Below are positions 1 through 14,074 of a stretch of 64,000 bases of DNA, one piece after another. Position numbers and translations under genes: made by a program. How positions within the stretch are numbered: the stretch's first letter is position 1; every line of letters begins with the position of its first letter. The stretch is from Eledone cirrhosa (lineage: Eukaryota), in NCBI GenBank assembly GCA_964016885.1, contig OZ024741.1, positions 126,976,001-127,040,000 on the forward strand, read 5' to 3'. The notes under the pieces were generated by a model that was not told the origin of the DNA, made no database searches, and was given only the letters and a program-made list of their open reading frames with translations.

Positions 1-566
1 ACTTTCCTGTACATACTGACAGGACCATAAAAGCAAATAGACCTGACATCATTATAAAACATCAACATAACAAGGTCTGTTTGTTGATAGATATGAGCAT
101 CCCATGTGATCACAATATCGCGGCAAAAGAATTTGACAAGCTACGAAAATATAAAGATTTGCTTATTGAAATTGAGAAAATGTGGCACCTCAAGGCCTTA
201 CAATACCAGTGATTGTGGGAGGACTGGGAATGATCAAGAAAGGAACAGAATAATATTTGCGAATGATTCCTGGTTTACCCTCTCTGCATGAGGTGCAAAC
301 ATTGTTTTGACTGATACTGCACACGTATTGAGAATAGCACTATCTCTGTAAGATTGATATCCCTCCTTGTATTTACATATGCATATGCACATGTGTATAT
401 ATGTATACTGTTTTTTTGTTTTTTTTTTATTATAATCAATGTGTTGTATTAACCGGCTTACCAATGCACACTGTGAATTTATTTGCCCTAGGTGTCATGA
501 AGCCACTCGGCATATATCAGAAACAATAATGAAAGAAAATAAAAACAATAATAATAATAATAATAA
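1..566 (+). mobile_element. 3' end of an R4/Dong-clade non-LTR retrotransposon (restriction-like endonuclease), degraded, ending in (TAA)n
   Basis: Frame from nt 3 reads FPVHTDRTIKANRPDIII...CLLIDMSIPCDHNIAAKEFDKLRKYKDLLIEIEKMWHLK, then after a frameshift TIPVIVGGLGMIKKG...TAHVLRIALSL*. This is the RPD...D...KY-type RLE tail. The 3' UTR runs into (TAA)n at about 546-566, the usual Dong target. Confidence 0.85.
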
Positions 567-1167
567 TATGAACGAGGTGTTAAATTTTCATTACATTTAT
601 TGAGGTGTGACGCGCGTTTCGCGATTGATTAGGTTATGGTTCGATCAGTATCGATTGGGCCCTACTCTGGAATCAAAAGCTCATCGGACTTCTGTTATGA
701 CAGAATGAAACTATATATATATATTAGTCTGTGATTCTTCCTCTTTTTCGTTAGAGGCAGAGTGTGAGAATGGCAAGAACTGCTAAATACCTTGTCCAGT
801 AGTAATGGCTAACACACACTATATAGACCTATCTTATGACTTGGGCCACCTGCTGATGACATATAACAACCCGGTATTCCGTGACTTTCTGAACATTGTG
901 GATGTAATATCTGCATTTGTGAAGTTATGTTGCACAGAAACGATACCGTCCAGGAGTTGAGATTTTTACCTTTCTCTCTACCAAAATACAGCCACCGTAT
1001 CTGCTATTAACTAAATGTGTGCACTCGGAACAGGTGATTGTTGCTGCATTATTGCAATTCAGCAAATTTATTGATTGACCTAAACGTTGGCCGGAGAACG
1101 TTGACTTTTATATCATTTATATATATATATATGTAGATACATTTGTCTAGACAATCTCTTATCCTTG

Positions 1168-1252
<85 letters not shown>

Positions 1253-1340
1253 GAAGTTCTATTTAAATTGTTGGGATACTACAACAAGCAAATATTTTTA
1301 TAACTGATATAAAGCACTCAACAAATTATTGGAGTAAAAA

Positions 1341-1881
<541 letters not shown>

Positions 1882-1912
1882 ACACGGGTGTGTATGATTG
1901 TGTATAGAAGAT

Positions 1913-2296
1913 TATATTAATAAAAGGAATTTCAACTTTGTCTGATTTACTCGTTTTATTTACAATCCTTTAAAATTTATAATGGTATTAGAATGAAATA
2001 GTATGGTAGAATATTAAATGTTAAGTGTTAATTGAACAAGTACTTTCATGCTTTCGCAATCTTCAGGTTCATAATGTGTGGTGACAGTCAAGTTTGCAAT
2101 TTTCAAGTTGAAAATTGCAAACTTGACTGTCACCACACATTATGAACCTGAAGATTGCGAAAGCATGAAAGTACTTGTTCAATTAACACTTAACATTTAA
2201 TATTCTACCATACTATTTCATTCTAATACCATTATAAATTTTAAAGGATTGTAAATAAAACGAGTAAATCAGACAAAGTTGGAATTCCTTTTATTA

Positions 2297-2301
<5 letters not shown>
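1913..2301. repeat. Near-perfect fold-back palindrome (about 194-bp arms, centre 2107) ending in (TA)n
   Basis: Centre ttttcaa-g-ttgaaaa; arms reverse-complementary out to tatattaataaaagg / ccttttattaatata. Confidence 0.9.
2142..2182 (+). ncRNA. Type I minimal hammerhead ribozyme (mirror copy 2032-2072, - strand)
   Basis: tgaac-CTGAAGA-ttgc gaaa gcat-GAAA-gtac-TT-gttca; palindromic stem III AGTACT. Confidence 0.75.
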
Positions 2302-2372
<71 letters not shown>

Positions 2373-2879
2373 CAAGGATAAGAAATATCTACACATTATG
2401 CGTGTTTGTACAATTCTATAGGCGCAATGACATAAGAAGGCCTGAGAGTAAGTTATTGTTTCACTGCTACTAATGATAATATTTTAATTCTATATTAGTA
2501 GACCTGACTTTAGGTGTTAACAGTAACTATTTTTTAGCACTTTGGCTAACCTATACTTTTGTCAGAAAACATGATTAATAATTTTAAGTATTAATCAATA
2601 TTTACGTGTGTGTGTAATATGTGCAACAGGGTAACATAGAACAGCTCATCGCCCTTCTTTTCACTCGAAAGAAATGAATGATATTTTCAATAATACAAGT
2701 CTATTTATAACGGGTGAAGGTTAGTATATCAATGCACAGGATAAAAAAATATTTGTTTCAATGTACATATATTTTAAAGTTTAAAATATTAGGCTAATAG
2801 AAAATCCTAGTGTATATTCTTGTTCGAATTTTGATCTCTAAAGTGAAGATTTACAAATATTTCTTCTAACAAAAAGCAA

Positions 2880-3140
2880 AGGAATCGATCCACAAAATCC
2901 CATGTCTCATTCACTTATGGAGTAGAGTGGAACTCGTCAAATCGGAACAAGGAAACAATGTTTCCTTTAGCCTTTCCATTGCAGATACTATCACAACTAT
3001 ACCGGTCACAACTCCTGGCAGAAAGAGCAATGTGAAATAAAGTGTCTTGCTCAAGAACAACATATTGCCCGTTACAGAAATCAAACTCGCAACCTCACGA
3101 TTGCGAACCCAATTTACTAACCACGAAGCTACGCGCCTTC
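2880..3140 (-). mobile_element. tRNA-derived SINE (same family as 31550-31850 and 33280-33470)
   Basis: Minus strand shows a tRNA-like head (gaaggcgcgtagcttcgtggttag...gagtttgatttc) followed by cttgagcaagacactttatttcac; body shared with other copies in the window. Confidence 0.7.
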
Positions 3141-4890
3141 TTCTAATAATCAGAAAAACTGATTGAAACAGCTTTCAGGAAAATTTATTTTTACATCTCT
3201 AAGTAGATATTTTCAAAATACTGAGTGATGTAATATTGACGATAAACAAGCGAAACGTTTCTAAATAATAAAGCTACAGATGTTTACAGGTGAACTAGGA
3301 AAGCCATAGTTTACAAAGTAGCCAACCAGTGGAGGTAGTTTACATTCATAAACAACCACATTTTATTTATTAACGCCTTCCACCTAAATGTATTCGACTG
3401 CTATTAATTTATGACGTTTAAACATGCAAAAAATACAATATCCTTCATGGAATAAACACTCCTAAAAAAAGTGTGTGCTTGCGAAGAGTGTTTACAATAT
3501 CTATGACGGCACATAGTCTAATAGTTAGGGTGTTGAACTTAGCATCATCAAGGTCATGTATCGGATTCCAAAATCGAGAGGTGCATTAGGTTCTTGAGCC
3601 AAAATATTTTAGGAGTTGGGAAAGGCAGATAATTTGATCTATGGACCTCTGTTGGTTACGACGACGAGCGTTCTCGTTGTTCGGTCAACACAACAGCCTG
3701 CTCATGAAATTAATGTGTAAGTGACTAAGTATTCCACAGACACGTATACTTTTAACGTAATTCTCGGGGAGATTCAACGTGATAGTGTGCGTGTGACAAG
3801 GCTGATTCTTTGAATTAGATGTACTTTTCACCCAACGGGGATCTAATTTCACTCACAAGACATGGGTAAACCCGAGACTATGGTAGCTGATGTTGCGCAT
3901 TGCAATCGAACCGGGATTTAATGATCGCAAAGCGAACGTTTTATCCATTCTGCCAGTTAGTAACAACAATAGAAAAACCAATGAACGGTCGGCTTCTTTC
4001 CTTTTTGTATATCCCTGTGCTTTACACGTATTACAAAGGTGAGATGAAGCTGAGTAACGGATGGATGATAAAGAAAATCAACGTTTTGTATTTCAATGTT
4101 GATGTTCTCATATGTCTCACAGAAAGATACAAATATATTTCGAAATATTAACCATATCATTGTGTATACTGTGTGGCCGTATTGTTAAAATGTTTATGTA
4201 CGTATCTAAGTGCGTTCTAATTATCTCTTTGAAATAGTTCACCAATAAAGACATATTTCATATAAAAAGAGGTGAAAATCATGTAAATAATTCATGTCAG
4301 ACTTTAAGACACTTAATGTGACAAAATTATTTAACTAGGATTTGATTAGCCGAGAAAATAGTTAGCACAGGTAACGCAGCAGTTTATAACCCAAGAGATG
4401 CCGCAGAAGTTTAGCTGAGAAAAATACGATTATATAAAAGAACTATATTATTGCTAATCGTTAAGAGTTTACCTTTATTCAATCACGAATGCCACTAAAG
4501 TAATACGAAAGTAAGGAAAGATTATTCTCGTTTAATTATTTTATAGCATTGTTGGTTACAGAGTTGTAACGGGGACTAGATTCTGGGTCCCATTGCATTT
4601 CTGATAGCGAAAGTAATTGGGGAATATTTGTGCAAGTCGATGCGAAATAAATACAACAAAGGATGTGAAGCGAAAGTAATTTTTTCTCGGTTTACTGGGT
4701 GTTTTTTTTTTTTGTTTTTATTTTACCAATGATCAGTGGTAAAATATGTACTTACACACATATATCTATATATTTATATGTACATATGAATATACATATA
4801 TTCACACACGCAGACAGACACACGCAGACAGACACACACACGTGTGTGTGTATGAATATACGTGTGTGTATGAATATATATATATATATA

Positions 4891-5682
<792 letters not shown>

Positions 5683-5869
5683 TGTACGCAAATAGTAAAC
5701 ATAAATAACAAATCAAATGACACAATACATTGAAGAAATATATTAGTTTAGCGCTTAATATAGTATTGAATGTATGTGTGTGATATAAGACTGCAATACA
5801 GTGATTGGTCTATTATAAACGTGTAAACAATGATGTCATTATTCACAAATTACCATACCAATTAAAATA

Positions 5870-6020
5870 ATTGTTTCTACTTTTAGTACAAGGCCAGCAA
5901 ATACCCAGTGTATTACTGGTACTTTATTTTATCGACCCCGTAAGGATGAAAGGCAAAGTTAACCTCGGCAGGATTTGAAATTAGAATGGCAAAGGCCGTA
6001 ACTCTATGCGTCAAAGCAAT
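5870..6020 (-). mobile_element. tRNA-derived SINE with a Meta-domain-like core; further copies at about 28636-28730, 29040-29195, 32050-32215, 32550-32720, 52695-52868, 55915-56140 (-) and 41678-41852, 48600-48780 (+)
   Basis: Recurrent motif ctttgcctttcatccttacggggtcgataaaataaagtaccag behind a B-box-like gagttcaaatcc. The Meta-domain assignment is from memory of the consensus. Confidence 0.7.
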
Positions 6021-6294
6021 TAAAATAATATGATTATCTTACAAGGTTAACTTTTGCTGATATTTACAACGTTCATGAATTAAGTATATACTATCAGTTA
6101 CTGCGTGAAAATATAATCGATTCACCTAAACTATTTTATCTTATGAACACCGCTTTAAGACTTTATTTTCATTTACTGTGAAAATACACAGATTAGTTTC
6201 GGCGGGATTTGAATACAGAGCACAGAGACCCGAGATAAATCTCAAAGCATTCTATCCGACGTTCTAACGACTCCGACAATTATCTCAACTATCT

Positions 6295-6484
6295 GGCCAC
6301 ACAACATTATAAGAACATAATGCTTTCTTACCTAACTACAAGGCCACACAACATTATCAGAATATAATGCTTTCTTACCTAACTACAAGGCCACACATTA
6401 TAAGAATATAATGCTTTCTTACCTAACTACAAGGCCACACAACATTATAAGAATATAATGCTGTCTTACCTAACTACAAGGCCT
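6295..6484. repeat. Minisatellite, about 47-bp unit x4
   Basis: ggccacacaacattataagaatataatgctttcttacctaactacaa repeated head to tail. Confidence 0.9.
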
Positions 6485-7039
6485 CAAAATATAAAGTTGA
6501 TTATTTCCAACTCATTACTTGATTTATATTTAATTTGCGGCCTTGTCTGCGGGGCGCAGCCCCAACACCGTTCCGCCTTAGAACCAGAACCCATCACCTT
6601 CCCCTTCCCCTCCCATTCTTCTGTGAGCCCAGAGGCTTTGCCTTTCCCTTCATTTTCCGTTTTTAAATATATGTAGCGTTGTTGTTATTTGAAATAGATT
6701 TATTTATGATTGTTTTGATTTTTATTAATAAAACGTTTTTAGAATAAAAAAAATATATTTTCGACTTGAAAGAATAAGTCGACTACGGCAGAATTTGAAA
6801 CCAGAACGTAACGCGATGTAACTTGTTGTGCCACTTACATAGATTACACATATGTTGTGTTTATAATGACATGGAACATGTTTGGATAAATGTAAACAAC
6901 AATGTTATTCATTCCTCCACCCAACTCAACCCATTTCTCACAATCATTTGTTCACATTTTCCAAAATCTATTCTATTACACATCACAACGATGGCTAAAA
7001 GCAGGAAACAGCTTATATGAGATCTACCTGTTTGTTATC

Positions 7040-7455
7040 GCTTTTGCGTTGGTTCCGATGACGTGTCTTCGAAATGTTCAAACAATAGAATAGATTGCTC
7101 GTGAAATTAACTTGCAAGTGGCTGTGCATTCCACAGACATACCGTGCACCCGTAACGTAGTTCTGGAGATGTGTGACAAACCTGATCCTTTGAATTAGAG
7201 ATATAATGGATCTTGTATTATTGTGGGAGTGGCTTATCATTCCACCCACACGCAACATAGTTCTCAGGGAGATTCAGCGTAGCACAGTATGTGACAAGGA
7301 TGACATTTGAATTAAAGCTAGAAATTATTTTTACTCCAGCTGAATGGAACGGAACAGCTGTTTTGCTGAAAGGCACAACAGATTGCCGGGAATCGAACTC
7401 ATGACTTTACGATCGTGAGCCGAACACTCTAACCACTAAGTCATGCGCCTTCACA
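7040..7455 (-). mobile_element. tRNA-derived SINE (family also at about 3640-3955, 44415-44697, 50955-51091)
   Basis: Minus-strand head gtgaaggcgcatgacttagtggttagagtgttcggctcacgatcgtaaagtcatgagttcgattccc (A and B boxes); shared body cagccacttgca...ttaatttcacgagc. Confidence 0.75.
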
Positions 7456-7670
7456 AAATCTACCTTAATCTATTGTTGAAAGGATCGGTCTATCCCCTTC
7501 GTTCTTTTTCTATCTACGGAGATATATAATAAATATTTGTTCATATTTATACAAGTCTCTTCCATAGCACATCCACAACTTTGACTAAAAGCAGATAACT
7601 TTGACTAGATTTACCTTAATGTACAGTTCAAAAGATTGAACAGACGTCGTTTTATGCATCAATCATTTAA

Positions 7671-7784
<114 letters not shown>

Positions 7785-8087
7785 CTGTCTGTTATATTTA
7801 TTTATATGTAATTGTTTATATCTGAGAGAAAGCTTGTGTTTGTATTTGCATAGCATATATGTGCTTCACTCAGTATGTATCTTTATTCTCTCTACTTACA
7901 TATAAATACGTGTATGTGTGTGTGTGTATGTGTGTGTGTGTGTGTGTCGGTGCTCTACTCACCATTGCCATCGCAATTCATTTTTCCTTTTCTTTTGTGA
8001 AAATATAAAACGTAAAGCAAAAGAGTTAACTGTTGTTTTGTCTTAATCCACTAACTTGCCTATAGTCCTGGCAATCCCGAAACAGCT

Positions 8088-8231
<144 letters not shown>

Positions 8232-8549
8232 GCGGCGATGCAGATACAGATACAATATAGACAAACACATATATATATAGTTTACATAATTTACATAAAT
8301 CTTTCGTTGCACATCTGCAACATCGTCAGTGGTGTTATATTCATTGTTCCTCCTGTTGTGTTGTATGTCTACGCCATTTTTTTGTGTTCAGTCTGTCTAT
8401 ATATTTATTTATTTATTTGCTTGTTTGTTTATCTTATTTTATTTTGTCTTCTTTGCGCATGCGTTTGCGTGTGTGTATAGTGTTATGTGTGATGTGTGAC
8501 TAGTGTGTATAGTGTTGTGTCTGCTGGGTGACTAGTGTGTGTTTATGTA

Positions 8550-9362
8550 TCCAGCATGTGCGACCCAACAGAAATGGAAGGACACATCCAACACTTCATC
8601 AACCGCATGCAGTTCTCTGGCTACAACCAAAGAGACAGAGTCAGAGTATACGAAGGAGCCATGGAAAAGTATAAGACCCTCATAGAACTGGACATGAAAG
8701 GAATTTGCCCACTATACAGGAGCAAATCATGGAATAGCTTAGATAGGGCTAGACATAAGATAGGGAAGGCCACATCATGGTACGACAACCAGAGATATCA
8801 GAGTGTCATGTTTGTGGACGCCACCCCTGGAGGGAAATTAGCTAACCAGTGTAGAAAGGCCCTGAGAAAGACCCACTTAAAAATAAAGGTGGTAGAAAAG
8901 CCAGGAACCACCATAAAATCCCTGATCAGCAAAACCTACCCTTTTAAGAAAACCCACTGTACCAATAGGAAATGTATCATATGTAAGGTGAACCCCCGGA
9001 TAAACTGTAAAACTAGAAACGTAGTCTATAGCATAAGATGTACAGAGGGTACTTGCAGAAACACGACAACAACATACATAGGTGAGACAGCTCGTAGCAT
9101 AGGTGAAAGGATAGACCAACACTGGGGGGAACTAAAAGGACGAAAAAACGGGTCAGTACTATACGAACATGCTAGACAACAACATGACGGTAACATAGAC
9201 AACATAGAAATTAGAATAATATCTAAACATAGGAATGACCCAGCAGATAGGCAAATCAGAGAGGCCAGTGAAATAGAAATTAGAAGACCAAAGCTAAACA
9301 GAAAGAATGAGTGGAACAACAACAACACCCAAACAAACAACACTGACCTAAGAGAAGTATAA
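8550..9362 (+). pseudogene. Duplicated C-terminal part (thumb, linker, GIY-YIG) of the PLE ORF within the upstream repeat
   Basis: Translation identical to the last ~270 aa of ORF 9964-13503 except GHIQ versus GYIQ. Confidence 0.9.
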
Positions 9363-9631
9363 ATAAATAAGTAAATTAAATTAAATAAAATAAGATAAAT
9401 AAATACATACACAAGCACATAAACACACACTAGTCACCCAGCAGACACAACACTATACACACTAGTCACACATCACACATAACACTATACACACACGCAA
9501 ACGCATGCGCAAAGAAGACAAAATAAAATAAGATAAACAAACAAGCAAATAAATAAATAAATATATAGACAGACTGAACACAAAAAAAAATGGCGTAGAC
9601 ATACAACACAACAGGAGGAACAATGAATATA

Positions 9632-9675
9632 ACACCACTGACGATGTTGCAGATGTGCAACGAAAGATTTATGTA
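9632..9675 (+). ncRNA. Hammerhead-like motif in the PLE pLTR (copies at about 13773-13816 + and about 8292-8335 -)
   Basis: CTGACGA-t-gttgca gatg tgcaac-GAAA-gatt-TA; core and stem II are good, stem I is weak. Confidence 0.6.
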
Positions 9676-9963
9676 AATTATGTAAACTATATATATATGT
9701 GTTTGTCTATATTGTATCTGTATTATTTTTGACCGCCGGTCAGTCAATGGCAACATTGAGGACCGAGTAAGTTAGATCGCAGATATATATATATAAAAGA
9801 CAGCGAGAAGCGAAAACCAACCAAACAGTGAGTGTGTTCTGTTATTAATTCTGGCAATATTACGCAAATATGACCCTCCCCAAATATAACAATATCTGTT
9901 TCGACACACGATTTCATATAAAAAAACCTCGCAAAACTAATTCATCGCCGCTATGGCATTAGC

Positions 9964-12900
9964 TTGTGCCAAGCTGAAAGGTTATTGAAAGACACTGTTT
10001 TCTGTTATATAAAAACTACAATAACAACAGAACAAATCCGCTTCTTAAAACACTGTGTTTCCTCCAAAACATACACAACAAACATATCAAAACAAGTAAA
10101 TAATTTATTATTGAACAAAACACAAGCTGAACGGCTAAAACACACAATAACAGTTAATATGAAAAGAACAACATACACAAAAGTCAACGCACTCTACAGA
10201 CAAAAACGCATCAACGGTAAGGAAATCCGAAATCTCATCACAGCAAACGAGAGAGATGACTTCATGAGCGTCATCCGACGCGAAACGAAATATGCTCAAA
10301 ACGAATGCTGTAGGCATTTCAAGAAGAAATTAGAATGGATGAATAAGAAAAAACTACAAGAAAGGAAAATCGAATATTCTCAAAAATACCCAGATAACAT
10401 CGACAACATCCGTATGAGTGATGTAAAACTACCGGAAGAATTTACCAATGACCACACAGTAAATATCTATGGGAACACTTTAATCAGTGAACAAGAACAA
10501 CAAATCCTAAAGTTACCACCAAAATTTGCCATCTACAAAAAGATTAACCCTATGGAATGCAAAACGGAGCTGGAAAAGTGTTTCACAAAAATACGTTGGA
10601 ATGCAAAGGTAAACAACAACAACAATAATAACGGTAGTAGTAATATAAACAATAACTCTGGGTATAGAAATAACAGCCATAACCATAACAATGGCAGGAA
10701 AGTGAGAAATAGTGATAATAGTAATAATACTAGCGATAGACAGAACAACAACAACCACAATAATAATAATAATAGAAACGTTAACCACAGACACAGCAAC
10801 AGTGACCACAGTAGTAATAACGGTAACAATACGAACAACAACAACAACAATAACCACAGTGGTAATAATGGAAATAGTACATGTAGCAACATCAACAAAA
10901 ACAAGAAACATAATAATAGTAACAACCACAATGGTAGAAATAGCAGTAACAACAACAACAATAACGGTGAAGTAAACAACAATACATCTAGCAATCATAA
11001 CAATAATAATATTAATGCTAATGATAGAAACAACAACAACCACCATGATAACAATAATAGCAACACACACAACTATGACGATAGAAATAACGACAACCCC
11101 TTAGAGAAACTATTTTTCAACCCAGCTGACAAAACATATAAGATGGGTAATATCTATCCTACGAGGTTACCCTTTAATAAAAGAGTTTGCATACCACAGC
11201 AAATAGATGACGAGACGGAGGCACAGTTCACCATAGCTAGAAATAAGATTAGACAAGTAGTAGACAGGTACACTATGAGACAGAGCAGACCAGAGGCCCA
11301 ACAACTTGGGATAAAACCTGTAGAAGGCTTGGTTAGCCTCAAGCAGCGCACAAGGGATGGTGAGGTAGTGTGTCTACCCACAGATAAGTCTGGTAGGATG
11401 TCAATAGATAGCATGCCGAACTACATCGAGGCAATGCAACCCCACATCACCAACACGAGCGAAGTTGCACAACTAACACACGATGGGAGAGAAAAAATCC
11501 TCAACGCTCACATGATGATGTGGACTGACATCCTAAAGCCAAGCAGACGCACTGCCAACAACTTCCAGGCGTCTAACAATGGCATACCACCCCTGTATGG
11601 GCTCCGCAAAGACCACAAGACAGTCGACGACCCGACAACAGGACCACCAACAAGACCCGTATGCGGAGCTAATATAGCTAGCAACTACAGGATCTCCTAC
11701 TTCCTCTCAATGGTTATACGCCCCATAATCAAGATGTCCCCAGATGTATGTGAAAGTACAGAGGACCTCCTCAGCAGAATCAGTGAGTGCAACAAAAACA
11801 GGAGCCTATCCAACTGCATAATAGGCAGCATGGATGTGGTGTCACTGTACCCATCCATTAACATTGATTTTGCTGTGAAAAGATGTGTGGAGATGATCAT
11901 TGAGAGTGAGGTGGAGTTCTGCGACATCGACACAGACGAACTGGGCCTCCTACTTAGACTTACCTACGACACTGACTACCTAGACAGCCATGACCTTAGA
12001 TGTTTCTGCCCTAGTAGACCTATAAGAGGTAGACCCCCCACCATAACCTCAATGGCTAAAAAGACTCCCATAGGAAGGTGGATTGGGTGGACCAAAGCTA
12101 TACGGACCCCCCAAAACACTGATCAGGTAAGAAAAATGGTCGCACATGCAATAGGGGCTAGTATCAAAACTACCCTAAAGGGCCACATATTTAAGTTCAA
12201 TGAGAAAATCTACACCCAAAATGAGGGAGCAGCCATCGGCGTCAGCATAGCTGGTGATGTTGCCAACCTTTTCATGGTATGGTGGGAAAGGAGACTTAAA
12301 GATCTCCTTAATGAAAGCTCCATAGACCTCATCATGTACTCTCGTTATGTAATCGATATCAATATAGTTATAAGAACACCCCCACTAGAGAGCACTAACA
12401 AGTTTGATTTAGAACGTAGCACGATGGAAAGCATCCAGCAGATAGCTAATTCCATACACCAGAGTATAACTGTAACTATAGACTTCCCTTCCAAACACCC
12501 TAACAATAGACTACCTGTATTAGACACAGAACTCTGGATTAACACTATAGACGAGAGAGCCCAAATTCTCCACTCACACTATGCTAAACCCATGGCCTCC
12601 AAATACCTGATACTCAAAAACTCAGCAATGTCCAGTAGTGCTAAGTTTAATATTCTGATCGCAGATTTGGTACGAGTGATGAAGAATGTGTCCAGCATGT
12701 GCGACCCAACAGAAATGGAAGGATACATCCAACACTTCATCAACCGCATGCAGTTCTCTGGCTACAACCAAAGAGACAGAGTCAGAGTATACGAAGGAGC
12801 CATGGAAAAGTATAAGACCCTCATAGAACTGGACATGAAAGGAATTTGCCCACTATACAGGAGCAAATCATGGAATAGCTTAGATAGGGCTAGACATAAG

Positions 12901-13503
12901 ATAGGGAAGGCCACATCATGGTACGACAACCAGAGATATCAGAGTGTCATGTTTGTGGACGCCACCCCTGGAGGGAAATTAGCTAACCAGTGTAGAAAGG
13001 CCCTGAGAAAGACCCACTTAAAAATAAAGGTGGTAGAAAAGCCAGGAACCACCATAAAATCCCTGATCAGCAAAACCTACCCTTTTAAGAAAACCCACTG
13101 TACCAATAGGAAATGTATCATATGTAAGGTGAACCCCCGGATAAACTGTAAAACTAGAAACGTAGTCTATAGCATAAGATGTACAGAGGGTACTTGCAGA
13201 AACACGACAACAACATACATAGGTGAGACAGCTCGTAGCATAGGTGAAAGGATAGACCAACACTGGGGGGAACTAAAAGGACGAAAAAACGGGTCAGTAC
13301 TATACGAACATGCTAGACAACAACATGACGGTAACATAGACAACATAGAAATTAGAATAATATCTAAACATAGGAATGACCCAGCAGATAGGCAAATCAG
13401 AGAGGCCAGTGAAATAGAAATTAGAAGACCAAAGCTAAACAGAAAGAATGAGTGGAACAACAACAACACCCAAACAAACAACACTGACCTAAGAGAAGTA
13501 TAA
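9964..13503 (+). CDS. PLE polyprotein: N-terminal domain with Asn-rich insert, reverse transcriptase, Cys linker and C-terminal GIY-YIG endonuclease
   Basis: Motifs PTDKSG, LYGLRKDHK, RPVCG, SMDVVSLYPSI, QNEGAAIG, RYVID (YxDD position), LPVLD, CTNRKCIIC, VVYSIRC...C...YIGETARS...RIDQH...EH...H. True start uncertain because the ORF call begins at TTG. Confidence 0.93.
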   Translation: MCQAERLLKDTVFCYIKTTITTEQIRFLKHCVSSKTYTTNISKQVNNLLLNKTQAERLKHTITVNMKRTTYTKVNALYRQKRINGKEIRNLITANERDDFMSVIRRETKYAQNECCRHFKKKLEWMNKKKLQERKIEYSQKYPDNIDNIRMSDVKLPEEFTNDHTVNIYGNTLISEQEQQILKLPPKFAIYKKINPMECKTELEKCFTKIRWNAKVNNNNNNNGSSNINNNSGYRNNSHNHNNGRKVRNSDNSNNTSDRQNNNNHNNNNNRNVNHRHSNSDHSSNNGNNTNNNNNNNHSGNNGNSTCSNINKNKKHNNSNNHNGRNSSNNNNNNGEVNNNTSSNHNNNNINANDRNNNNHHDNNNSNTHNYDDRNNDNPLEKLFFNPADKTYKMGNIYPTRLPFNKRVCIPQQIDDETEAQFTIARNKIRQVVDRYTMRQSRPEAQQLGIKPVEGLVSLKQRTRDGEVVCLPTDKSGRMSIDSMPNYIEAMQPHITNTSEVAQLTHDGREKILNAHMMMWTDILKPSRRTANNFQASNNGIPPLYGLRKDHKTVDDPTTGPPTRPVCGANIASNYRISYFLSMVIRPIIKMSPDVCESTEDLLSRISECNKNRSLSNCIIGSMDVVSLYPSINIDFAVKRCVEMIIESEVEFCDIDTDELGLLLRLTYDTDYLDSHDLRCFCPSRPIRGRPPTITSMAKKTPIGRWIGWTKAIRTPQNTDQVRKMVAHAIGASIKTTLKGHIFKFNEKIYTQNEGAAIGVSIAGDVANLFMVWWERRLKDLLNESSIDLIMYSRYVIDINIVIRTPPLESTNKFDLERSTMESIQQIANSIHQSITVTIDFPSKHPNNRLPVLDTELWINTIDERAQILHSHYAKPMASKYLILKNSAMSSSAKFNILIADLVRVMKNVSSMCDPTEMEGYIQHFINRMQFSGYNQRDRVRVYEGAMEKYKTLIELDMKGICPLYRSKSWNSLDRARHKIGKATSWYDNQRYQSVMFVDATPGGKLANQCRKALRKTHLKIKVVEKPGTTIKSLISKTYPFKKTHCTNRKCIICKVNPRINCKTRNVVYSIRCTEGTCRNTTTTYIGETARSIGERIDQHWGELKGRKNGSVLYEHARQQHDGNIDNIEIRIISKHRNDPADRQIREASEIEIRRPKLNRKNEWNNNNTQTNNTDLREV

Positions 13504-14027
13504 ATAAATAAGTAAATTAAATTAAATAAAATAAGATAAATAAATACATACACAAGCACATAAACACACACTAGTCACCCAGCAGACACAACACTATACA
13601 CACTAGTCACACATCACACATAACACTATACACACACGCAAACGCATGCGCAAAGAAGACAAAATAAAATAAGATAAACAAACAAGCAAATAAATAAATA
13701 AATATATAGACAGACTGAACACAAAAAAAAATGGCGTAGACATACAACACAACAGGAGGAACAATGAATATAACACCACTGACGATGTTGCAGATGTGCA
13801 ACGAAAGATTTATGTAAATTATGTAAACTATATATATATGTGTTTGTCTATATTGTATCTGTATTATTTTTGACCGCCGGTCAGTCAATGGCAACATTGA
13901 GGACCGAGTAAGTTAGATCGCAGATATATATATATAAAAGACAGCGAGAAGCGAAAACCAACCAAACAGTGAGTGTGTTCTGTTATTAATTCTGGCAATA
14001 TTACGCAAATATGACCCTCCCCAAATA

Positions 14028-14074
<47 letters not shown>

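Noticed and set aside
6295-6484. CRISPR-like appearance of short repeats (also 37845-38545 and 45655-45900)
   Set aside because: No unique spacers, no cas genes, eukaryotic context; these are minisatellites.
7380-7455. tRNA gene
   Set aside because: tRNA-like SINE head continuing into a SINE body; no complete cloverleaf or terminator.
9026-9756. Antisense ORFs over the PLE repeat (and duplicates at 13018-13897)
   Set aside because: Shadow frames of the PLE ORF and its low-complexity UTR.
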